NCBI GenBank assembly: GCA_965202665.1
Contig: OZ241841.1
Coordinates: forward strand, 1,376,001 to 1,440,000
Origin: Candidatus Spongiisociaceae bacterium
GTDB taxonomy: Bacteria > Actinomycetota > Acidimicrobiia > Spongiisociales > Spongiisociaceae
Reading direction: 5' to 3'
DNA: 64,000 nucleotides
Shown here: positions 1-8,301 of the stretch, one piece after another
Position numbering within the stretch: the first letter of the stretch is position 1
Layout: each line of letters starts with the position of its first letter
Position numbers and translations under genes: made by a program
Notes under the pieces: model-generated
Databases searched by the model: none
What the model was told of the DNA's origin: nothing
What the model saw: the letters and a program-made list of their open reading frames with translations, nothing else

Positions 1-871
1 AATGGGTCAGGTCGGGGGCGGCCACGGTGAGGGTGGCCGGATCCGGTTCGTTCACCCCTTTGATGATATGACAGGTGACGCATAGCCCGTCCAGGAAAAC
101 TTGCAGGCCTTCTTCGGCCCGGCTTCCCGCCTCCGGTTCCACGGCCGGGGTTTGCTGGTCGGACAGCCACTGCTGGTAGCCGGTCGCGGTCAGGGCCTGC
201 ACCCGGGCCCGCATCCGGGCGTGGCTCAGCCCGCAGAATTCGGCGCAGTGCCCCCAGTATTCGCCGGGATCTTCGGCGTACAGGCGCTGTTCGGTTTCCT
301 GGCCGGGCACCAGGTAGCGTTTGCCGGCCAATTTGGGCACCCAGAAGTTGTGCAACACGTCGTCGGAGGTCATTTTGGCGCACACTTCGGTGTCTTCGGG
401 GATGACCAGCACGTTGGCGGTGGTGACCCCCTCCTGCGGATACCGGAATTCGAACCACCACTGATGGCCGATCACCTCCACTTCCATGGCCCCTTCCGGA
501 CATTCGGCCAAGTCGAACAGGGCGGCCACGGTGGGCACCGCGATGCCGGCCAGGATGAGGGTGGGGATGATCGTCCAAGCCAGTTCCAGCCGGGTGTTGC
601 CCAAAGGCTGTTTGGGGGCGGGGCGGCGGTCGCCTTTGCGCTCCCGGAACAGGAAGACGGCCAGCAGCAAAGCCCCCTGCACCAGCACGAATATCACCAC
701 CGCCATCCAGAACACCGGCCAGAACAGGTCGTTGATGCGCTCCGCGATCGGCCCCTGCGAGTCAAAGGAGTTGAGGGGCTGCTCCACCCGTCCGCACCCG
801 GTCAGAACCAAAACCGCCAAGCCGGCGACGGCTGCCAGCTTCAGGAATGGCCGCGGGGGGCGACGGTTCAT
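1..871 (-). CDS. coxB: Cytochrome c oxidase subunit II with fused cytochrome c domain (runs off the window edge)
   Basis: Manual minus-strand translation from ATG at 871: lipobox LTGC, LELAWTIIP, GHQWWFEFRY, DVLHNFW, CuA motif CAEFCGLSHARM, then CVTCH heme motif and APDLTH. Confidence 0.93.
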   Translation of the reverse strand, partial: MNRRPPRPFLKLAAVAGLAVLVLTGCGRVEQPLNSFDSQGPIAERINDLFWPVFWMAVVIFVLVQGALLLAVFLFRERKGDRRPAPKQPLGNTRLELAWTIIPTLILAGIAVPTVAALFDLAECPEGAMEVEVIGHQWWFEFRYPQEGVTTANVLVIPEDTEVCAKMTSDDVLHNFWVPKLAGKRYLVPGQETEQRLYAEDPGEYWGHCAEFCGLSHARMRARVQALTATGYQQWLSDQQTPAVEPEAGSRAEEGLQVFLDGLCVTCHIIKGVNEPDPATLTVAAPDLTH

Positions 872-1006
872 TTCTGCCTTTCTTCCCGGCGGGCGGGTTC
901 CCGCTCTGTCCGCCCCGGACGCGGGCGCACTTTCCTCCGCCCCCATATTAGAGGGTCGCCAACCGGGGATACATTTTAGAGCCGGCGCCCTGACGAAGCC
1001 CTGGGG

Positions 1007-1591
1007 TCAGGCGCGGATGGCTACTTCGTCCCCCTCTTGGGCGTCGTAATGCTCCGGGCGGTCGTAGGGGATGAAAAAACCGCGCAGTCCCTGGCTGAGT
1101 TCGTGGCGGGGCCCGGCCACATCCTGGGCGTGCAGGTCGGGCTGGTCCATAAGCCAGCGGGTGAACGGCACGCAGGCCTCGGCGGGCAGCACTTCCCGCA
1201 GCACCACCGAATCATTTTCGCCGCTGATGCGCACCCCTTCATCCACGTCGTCGGCGGTGATGACCCGATCGGAGGTGATGATCAGGTTTTCGCCCGCGAC
1301 GCCCATCGGGATGGGGCGGTATTTGTCACACACGAACCGGTAGTTGGCCTCAAAGCCGATCAGCAGCACCCGATGGTGGGGAACCGGCCGGCGGTCCGGG
1401 TACATATGATGGTGGCTGTCCAGCATCCAGGCGGTCCCGTCATGCCCGAGCACCCCGTCCGCGCCGAGGCGAATGCGGCTCACCTCCCGCAACGGGTCGG
1501 GGTCGTAAATGGGATCGCGCCGCATCTTGCTAAGGGCGATCTGCATTTTGGAGACCGTCCCGATCGTTTTCCACTCACCCACGGTTTCCAA
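1007..1591 (-). CDS. MOSC-domain (pyruvate kinase beta-barrel-like) protein
   Basis: GENLII motif, PAEAC, GLRGFF...EGDEV ending; AAGGAGG RBS upstream suggests the real start may be GTG at 1582. Confidence 0.6.
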   Translation of the reverse strand: METVGEWKTIGTVSKMQIALSKMRRDPIYDPDPLREVSRIRLGADGVLGHDGTAWMLDSHHHMYPDRRPVPHHRVLLIGFEANYRFVCDKYRPIPMGVAGENLIITSDRVITADDVDEGVRISGENDSVVLREVLPAEACVPFTRWLMDQPDLHAQDVAGPRHELSQGLRGFFIPYDRPEHYDAQEGDEVAIRA

Positions 1592-1734
1592 CCTCCTTGG
1601 TATAGATAAGCCCAGGTTAGCAGGCCCGCCCCGTTCCAGAGGAGCCTTGCCCGCGGCGGCGATAACCCGAATTTATCACAGGGGGGCGGTAATGTGTCCG
1701 CCAGGTTCTCCAAGCATCCGTCAGGAGGTCGGTT

Positions 1735-2892
1735 TTGAGGGAGATTTACCTGGACTACAACGGCTCGGCTCCGCTTGACCCCCGCGTCGCCGAGGCGATG
1801 TCGCAGTCGTTCGCCGACTTCGGCAACGCTTCCGCCGCTCATCGCTTCGGCCGCAGGCAGGCGGCCCGGGCGGACTTGGCCCGCGAGCAAACGGCGGCCC
1901 TGGTGGGCGGCCGGCCGGCTGACGTCGTTTTCACCGCCGGGGCGACCGAAGCCAACAACCTGGCTTTGTGCGGGGCCGCGCAGGGCGCCCCTCCGCAACG
2001 GGTCCGGGTTCTGGTTTCGGCGACGGAGCACGCTTCGGTCATTGGCGCCGCCCGTTGGTTGAACGAGCAGGGTTTGGCCAAGGCGGACGTCATTCCGGTG
2101 ACCGCGGGCGGCTTCGTCGATCCCGACGAGGCGGAGCGGATGCTGGACGACGACGTCGCCTTGGTTTCGGTGATGGCAGCCAACGGCGAAACCGGCATTT
2201 TGAACCCGATAGCGGAAATAGCCGAACGGGCGCAAGCCGTCGGCGCCCTCATGCATTGCGACGCCACGCAAATGGCGGGCCGCCTTCCTTTCAATATGAG
2301 CCGGGCGGGCGTTGACCTGGTCTCGGTCAGCGGCCACAAAATGTGCGGCCCGGGCGGGGTGGGGGCTTTGATCGGAACCCGCCGCAGCTTGCAAAAGTTG
2401 CGGCCGGTGATCCACGGCGGCGGCCACGAGCGGGGTTTGCGGTCCGGTTCTTTGAACGTGGCCGGGATCGTCGGGCTGGGCGCGGCCGCCCTGCTCGCCT
2501 TGGAGGAGAGGGCGCCGGAGGCGGAGCGGACCGGGCGGCTCCGCGACCGGTTGGCGGCCGGTTTGCGGGAGGGCCTGCCCGGGGCGCAAGAGGCGGGGGA
2601 CATCTCCCGCCGCCTCCCCAACACCGCCAACTTCCGGTTTGCGGGGGTCGACGCCGAGGCGGCGCTGGCCAACATGGATCCGGTGGCCGCCTCCGCCGGC
2701 AGCGCCTGCAGTTCCGGTTCCATAGAGCCCTCGGAGGTGTTGCTGGCCATGGGGTTTTCCCGCCAAGCCGCCTTCGAGTCGATTCGGTTCAGCCTGGGGA
2801 GGTTCACCACCGCCGAAGAGATCGAGCGGGCCATTCCCAAAATTGTCTCAGCGGTTGACTACGTTGGAAGCATGACCGGGGAAACGGCTTGA
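1735..2892 (+). CDS. sspA: Cysteine desulfurase (IscS/SspA type), sulfur donor of the Ssp-type PT module
   Basis: IYLDYN, FTAGATEANN, SGHK PLP lysine, catalytic SAGSACSSG; lies 1 nt upstream of the DUF4007 gene. Confidence 0.88.
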   Translation: MREIYLDYNGSAPLDPRVAEAMSQSFADFGNASAAHRFGRRQAARADLAREQTAALVGGRPADVVFTAGATEANNLALCGAAQGAPPQRVRVLVSATEHASVIGAARWLNEQGLAKADVIPVTAGGFVDPDEAERMLDDDVALVSVMAANGETGILNPIAEIAERAQAVGALMHCDATQMAGRLPFNMSRAGVDLVSVSGHKMCGPGGVGALIGTRRSLQKLRPVIHGGGHERGLRSGSLNVAGIVGLGAAALLALEERAPEAERTGRLRDRLAAGLREGLPGAQEAGDISRRLPNTANFRFAGVDAEAALANMDPVAASAGSACSSGSIEPSEVLLAMGFSRQAAFESIRFSLGRFTTAEEIERAIPKIVSAVDYVGSMTGETA

Positions 2893-2893
2893 A

Positions 2894-3975
2894 ATGCGGT
2901 TGAGCGAAGCGGCCGAGCCGACTTTCGCGCGGCACGAAACTTTTCACCCGCGCTACGGCTGGTTCCGCAAGGCCGTTGCCTTTTCCGCCGGGGACCCGGG
3001 GATTTTCACCCGGGAGGACGCCCCGGTGCGGATCGGGGTGGGCAAGAACATGGTGCGCTCCATCCGCTTCTGGGGCTTGGCGGCCAAACTGATTACGGAG
3101 GACCGGCGTGCCGCCAACCCCCGCACGCCGGGCACGGTTCCCACCCAGATGGGCTTCGTATTGTTCGACGAAACGGGCTGGGATCCGTACATGGAGGACC
3201 CGGGCACCTTGTGGCTTCTCCACTGGTTGCTCCTCGCCCCCCGTTGCCGCCTCCCGGTGTGGTGGATTGCCTTCCACGACTTCCACGCGGTAGAGTTTGC
3301 GGACCCGGACTTGGAGGTTGCGGTAACGGCTGGATTGGATTCGGCGGCGGATTGGAAGCCCCCCAACCCGTCTTCCGTCAAAAAAGACATCACCGCCCTG
3401 TTGCGCGCCTACGGCCCGGCCGTTCGGTCGCGCCGCTCCAACAGCGACGACCTGGTTGACTGCCCGTTGCGCGAACTGAACCTGATCGGCCCTTCCGTAA
3501 CAGACGGCTGCCAGCGGTTTTCGCTGGGACCGAAGCCGACCCTGCCGTCCGAAGTCGCGGCCTACGCGGTCCTTGATTACATTTCCCGCACCCGGCCGGG
3601 CCGCGCCGGCACCATAACCTTAAGCCAACTGGCCCGCGAACCGGGTTCCCCCGCCCGCGCTTTCAAGATGAGCGAAACAGATCTGTCGGCGGCCCTGGAA
3701 CCGGCCGTGGAGGTGATGGGGGGGGGGGTGGCGAAAAGAAGATCGGGCTGGGCGCCGTCAACGGGGCTTCCCAACTGGCCTGGCAGGACGATCCGGCGGC
3801 CCTCGCCCCGGGCTTCCTGGATGAATACTACGGCTCTTCCAATCCGACGCTCCCGGACTTCCGGGCCGGTCACCGCGGCGACCGGCCCATCGGCGAAGAC
3901 CTGCTGGAGGATCTCCGCTCGGAAACCCTGCTGGAGACGCATGGCTTAAGCCTCCGTGAAGAGGCGGCGGTTTAG
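2894..3975 (+). CDS. sspB: DUF4007 SspB-like protein, frameshifted at a G11 run (as sequenced ends at 3949 with an aberrant tail; restored frame ends TAG 3973-3975)
   Basis: FARHETFHPRYGWFRK, GVGKNMVRSIRFW, DPYMEDPGTLWLLHW; the alternative frame after 3727 (QLAWQDDPAALAPGFLDEYY) aligns with the paralog at 15695 (HLVWSGDPAATAMVVLEEYY). Confidence 0.82.
3718..3728 (+). repeat. G11 homopolymer inside sspB
   Basis: ATG GGG GGG GGG GTG; 11 consecutive G at 3718-3728; G9 or G12 restores the frame. Confidence 0.85.
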
Positions 3976-3983
3976 GGGGCGGC

Positions 3984-6900
3984 GTGGGTTTCCTGTCGGA
4001 TTCGATGTCGGCGAAGGCCCGCTTCGCCCGCTCCGCCAACTTGGAACGCGATCTTTCCAACGCGGAACCTTTGGACGGCTACATCGTCACCGCCCGAACC
4101 GTGGACGTTGCGGACCGGCTGGCGGCCGCCGCCCTCGGCAAAGCGGGGGGAGCCTGGTCGCTGACCGGACCCTACGGTTCCGGCAAATCTTCCCTGGCTT
4201 TGTTGCTGGCCGCCCTTTTCGGACCGCCCGGCGAATCGCACAAAGCCGCCTTCGATTTGGTGGACTCCGCATCGCCCGCCACGGGGGAGTCGCTTCGCAA
4301 AGCCCGCAAAAAACACGGAACGGACGACTCCGGTTTTCACCTCGGCCCGGCGACCGCCCTCCGCGAGCCGTTCAGCCAAACGGTTCTGCGCGCCCTCCGC
4401 GAGGCCGTGCTGAGGCGGTACGGCCGCATTCCCCCAACCCGGTCTTTTGCGGCGTCCGCGGCTTTGAAAGGTGCTTTGGCGGACGGGGCTTCGGATGATC
4501 CCCGGCGCACCGGCCCTTCCCCGGCCGATTTAGCGGAGGTGGCCCGCTGTTTGGCGGAGGACGCGCCGTTGCTGTTGATAATCGACGAGTTCGGGAAAAA
4601 CTTGGAGGCCATCCGGGACGGCGGCGAAGCCGACCCTTACCTGTTGCAACAGCTGGCGGAGGCGGGCCAAGGCTCGGGTTTGCCTATTTTCATCCTGACG
4701 TTGCAACACCTGTCGTTTGAGGATTATCTGGCGGGGGCCGGCGACGCGCAACGGCGGGAGTGGGCCAAAGTGCAGGGCCGTTTTGAGGACGTTTCTTTCA
4801 CGGAGTCGGCTTCCCAGACCCGCGCTTTGATGGGGACCGTGTTCGAGGTGGGGGACGACCTGTTGCGGAAACGGATTCTCCAGTGGGCTGAAACCGGCGC
4901 CAAAGATATGAGAAGCCTCGGCGTCCTCGACCTGGCCGACCCGGCGATGTTGGCCGCCTGCTATCCGTTGCACCCTTTGGCGGTGATGGCGTTGCCGGAG
5001 TTGTGCAGTCGTTACGGACAGCACGAACGAACCCTCTTCTCCTTTTTGGCCGGCGCCCACCCGGCCGCCGTCCCCGCTTTTATGTCCTCCGCCGTTTTGC
5101 CGGAGCGCGGCCCCTTGCCGTCGCTGGGTTTGGAATGGGTCTACGACTTTTTCGCGGCGGACGGCGCCCTTTTGGGGGCTTCGGCCGGCCAGTCCAGCCG
5201 TTGGACGGAAATCGCCTCCCGCCTCCGCGACGCCCACGGCCTGACTGAGCCGCAGTCCCAAATGCTGAAATCGGTCGCCCTCCTCAATCTGATTTCCACC
5301 ACCGGAACCATCCGCGCTTCCCGCCGGGTTCTCAACCTGGTTTCCCCCCGGTCCGATCGGATTCTGTCCGAACTGGAACAGGCCGGCTTGGTGACATTCC
5401 GGGAGTTCGCCGACGAATACCGGGTGTGGCAGGGAACGGACGTGGATGTCCGCCGGCTGTTGGAAGCCGCCCGGCGCAGGACGCAGGAGCGTCCGCTGGC
5501 CGACATTTTGTCGGAGGTGGATGAGCCGCGACCGGCGGTGGCCGCCCGGCACAGCGCCGAAAACGATGTTCTGCGGGTGTTCGCACGCCGCTACGTGGAT
5601 GATTTGACGGAGGTTGAGCCGCCCAGCCCGTTTTCACCTTTCGACGGCGAGGCGTTGCTGGTGGTGGGAGCGGACGGCGCACCGCCCGGGCCGGCGCGGT
5701 CGGGGACGGCGGCCAAGCCGGTAGCGGCCGCCTTTCCGCAGGACGTCGCGGGTTTGGAGGCCGCCGCCCGGGAGGTAGCCGCCGTCACAGCCGCCTTCGA
5801 CGACCCGGCGGCGCAGGGAGATTGGGTGGCCCGCCGCGAACTGGGGGAACGTTTGGCCGGAGCGCGGAATGCGCTGGAGCACGCCCTGGCCGCCGCTTTC
5901 CAACCGGACGCCTGCCGATGGGAGCTCCTGGCGGGAGGGGACGGCCCGCCCACCGAGTTGCCGTCGGGCCGGGGAAGCGCCGCCCTGTCAGCGGCGGCGG
6001 ACATCGCCTATCCCGCCACCCCCCAAGTCCAAAACGAGATGTTGAACCGCGTCGCCTTGACCAGCCAGGGGGCCAAGGCGCGGCGGATGCTGTTGGAGGC
6101 CATGATCGAACGCGGCGATAAGGCAGACCTGGGTTTTGAGGGTTACGGGCCGGAAATGGCCATGTACCGGGCTTTCCTGAAACGAACCGGCCTGCACGGC
6201 TTCGACGAACGCAACGGGAAGATGGTTTTCCGCAAACCCACCGACGAGTCTTTGCAAAAGGCGTGGAAAATTATGGAGGAGGAGTTCAAACGGGCGAAGG
6301 ACAGGCGGGTGAACCTGAGCGACGTGTTCGCCGCCTTGCAGTCTCCGCCGGTGGGTATGAAAGCGGGGGCGGTTCCGGTGTTCGTCACCGCCGGACTGGC
6401 GGCGTTCCGGGAGGAGGTCGCCATCTACGAGCACGGCACTTTCAAGCCGTCGCTTACGCCGGAGGTGTTGGAGCGGCTGGTGCGCAACCCCCGTCATTTC
6501 GACATCAAGCATTTCGCCAACACTACCGGCGCCCGCCGCCAAGTAATCGACCATCTGGCCGCCCGCCTGGGGGTCAAACCCGGTTTTCGCAAACACCGGG
6601 TGACCAACGTGTTGTCGGTGATGGGCCATTTGGTGCCCCGAGTCAACCGACTGGAGAACTTCACCCTCCGCACCGGCGCCCTCTCCCCGTCCGCGTTGAA
6701 AGTCAGGGAGGCGCTGGTTTCGGCGGTGGAGCCGGACGAGTTGCTGTTCGACGCCCTTCCCAAAGCGTTCGGACGCCGGCCGATACGGGCCAACGCCAAA
6801 ACCTGCAGCTACGCCCCCGCTTTTGCGCATCAGGTAGGCAAAGCTTTGAACGAGCTGGATTCCCGGTTCGCCCGTTTGCTGGACGAACTTTTCGACCTGC

Positions 6901-7460
6901 TGTTGGAGTCCTGCGCCGAGCCCAGCCGGTTGGCGGTTTCCGGCCAGGCTGCTTCTTTGCAGGACAAAGTGCTGGACCCCGATGTGCGGGCTTTCATCCT
7001 CACTTTGGCCAACGACGGGGCGGAGTCAGACCGGGACTGGTTGAAGGCGGTAGCCACCGTGGTGGCCAGGAAAGCCCCCGCCGAGTGGGCGGACGAAGAC
7101 GAGCGGCGGTTCCGGCGCGATCTCCCCGAACGGATTGCGGCCTTCCACCGTCTTCTGGCGTTGCACGCCGAGCACCGGGCGGAGGGGGGTGGGCCTTTTG
7201 AACCGGTTCGCATCGCGGTAACCCGCCCCGACGGCGGCGAACAGGTGCGTTTGGTGAGCATAGACCAAGAGCATCTGGATGTTTTCAACCGCGAGTTGGA
7301 CGCTTTCGTGGAGCGGCTGGCGTTAGAGATCACCGGTTCGCCCAACCGGGCGAGGAACGCTTTGCTGGCCCTGCTGGGAGGCCGCCTTTTTCCCGCTGAG
7401 TCATCGGCGGAGGAGAAGATGAGCGTCCCAACGACTGAAAGGAGGGCCCGCGTTGGCTGA
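3984..7460 (+). CDS. sspC: Large ATPase, SspC/BrxC-like
   Basis: Walker A GPYGSGKS, Walker B LLLIIDEFGK, YPLHP, GQHERTLFSFL; 1158 aa; sits between DUF4007 and PAPS-reductase genes. Confidence 0.85.
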   Translation: MGFLSDSMSAKARFARSANLERDLSNAEPLDGYIVTARTVDVADRLAAAALGKAGGAWSLTGPYGSGKSSLALLLAALFGPPGESHKAAFDLVDSASPATGESLRKARKKHGTDDSGFHLGPATALREPFSQTVLRALREAVLRRYGRIPPTRSFAASAALKGALADGASDDPRRTGPSPADLAEVARCLAEDAPLLLIIDEFGKNLEAIRDGGEADPYLLQQLAEAGQGSGLPIFILTLQHLSFEDYLAGAGDAQRREWAKVQGRFEDVSFTESASQTRALMGTVFEVGDDLLRKRILQWAETGAKDMRSLGVLDLADPAMLAACYPLHPLAVMALPELCSRYGQHERTLFSFLAGAHPAAVPAFMSSAVLPERGPLPSLGLEWVYDFFAADGALLGASAGQSSRWTEIASRLRDAHGLTEPQSQMLKSVALLNLISTTGTIRASRRVLNLVSPRSDRILSELEQAGLVTFREFADEYRVWQGTDVDVRRLLEAARRRTQERPLADILSEVDEPRPAVAARHSAENDVLRVFARRYVDDLTEVEPPSPFSPFDGEALLVVGADGAPPGPARSGTAAKPVAAAFPQDVAGLEAAAREVAAVTAAFDDPAAQGDWVARRELGERLAGARNALEHALAAAFQPDACRWELLAGGDGPPTELPSGRGSAALSAAADIAYPATPQVQNEMLNRVALTSQGAKARRMLLEAMIERGDKADLGFEGYGPEMAMYRAFLKRTGLHGFDERNGKMVFRKPTDESLQKAWKIMEEEFKRAKDRRVNLSDVFAALQSPPVGMKAGAVPVFVTAGLAAFREEVAIYEHGTFKPSLTPEVLERLVRNPRHFDIKHFANTTGARRQVIDHLAARLGVKPGFRKHRVTNVLSVMGHLVPRVNRLENFTLRTGALSPSALKVREALVSAVEPDELLFDALPKAFGRRPIRANAKTCSYAPAFAHQVGKALNELDSRFARLLDELFDLLLESCAEPSRLAVSGQAASLQDKVLDPDVRAFILTLANDGAESDRDWLKAVATVVARKAPAEWADEDERRFRRDLPERIAAFHRLLALHAEHRAEGGGPFEPVRIAVTRPDGGEQVRLVSIDQEHLDVFNRELDAFVERLALEITGSPNRARNALLALLGGRLFPAESSAEEKMSVPTTERRARVG

Positions 7461-8301
7461 TAAGGTCCGCCGTATCTGCGGCCTTTCGGGCGGCAAGGAT
7501 TCCAGCGCGCTGGCCGTGTACCTGCGGGGCCGGGTGTCGGACATGGAGTATTTTTTCTGCGACACCGGGGCCGAACTCCCGGAAACCTACGAATATCTGG
7601 AGCGCCTGGAGGTGATCCTCGGCCAGCCCATCGCCCGCCTCAATTCGGAACGGGGATTCGACCACTGGTTCGAGGTGTTTCGTGGGGCTTTGCCGTCGCC
7701 CCAAATGCGCTGGTGCACGAGGAACATGAAAATCAAGCCCATAGAGGAATGGATAGGGGACGATCCGGCCATCTCCTATGTGGCGATCCGGGCGGATGAG
7801 TCGAACCGCAAAGGATACGTTTCCACCAAGCCCAACATAGAAACCCGTTTTCCGTTCATGGAGGACGGAGTAGACCACGACGGCGTGATGCGGATTCTGG
7901 AGGACGCCGGCATCGGCCTCCCTTCCTACTACGAGTGGCGCACCCGGTCGGGTTGCTATTTCTGCTTCTACCAACGCAAAGCGGAATGGGTTGGCCTGTC
8001 GGATAGGCACCCCGACCTGTTTGAAAGGGCGGTAGCCATCGAACAAAAGGTGCTGATAGACGCCGGAGTTAACGGAGACGCCAATTTCAAAGACCAGGCA
8101 ATGCGCGGCCGCCCGTACACCTGGTCCGGCGGCGAAACCCTGCTCCAACTCCTTTCCCGCCGAGACGAAATAGAAGAACGCCACCAGGCGGCAATGGCCC
8201 GAGCCAACAAAACCAGAACAAACGTCCCCCTAATAGAAGCCCTAGCAGAAGCCCTAGACGAAGAAAACGACACCCTCCCATGCACAGTATGCGCACTATG
8301 A
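7453..8301 (+). CDS. sspD: PAPS-reductase-family protein, SspD
   Basis: PP-loop GLSGGKDS, FCDTGAELPETY, RWCTRNMKIKP, RSGCYFCFYQ, C-terminal CTVC; overlaps the sspC stop. Confidence 0.88.
   Translation: MADKVRRICGLSGGKDSSALAVYLRGRVSDMEYFFCDTGAELPETYEYLERLEVILGQPIARLNSERGFDHWFEVFRGALPSPQMRWCTRNMKIKPIEEWIGDDPAISYVAIRADESNRKGYVSTKPNIETRFPFMEDGVDHDGVMRILEDAGIGLPSYYEWRTRSGCYFCFYQRKAEWVGLSDRHPDLFERAVAIEQKVLIDAGVNGDANFKDQAMRGRPYTWSGGETLLQLLSRRDEIEERHQAAMARANKTRTNVPLIEALAEALDEENDTLPCTVCAL

Noticed and set aside
101-979. Plus-strand ORFs 101-979 and 486-1049, and the many long overlapping ORFs elsewhere
   Set aside because: They are antisense or frame shadows of real genes in high-GC DNA; here the real gene is coxB on the minus strand.
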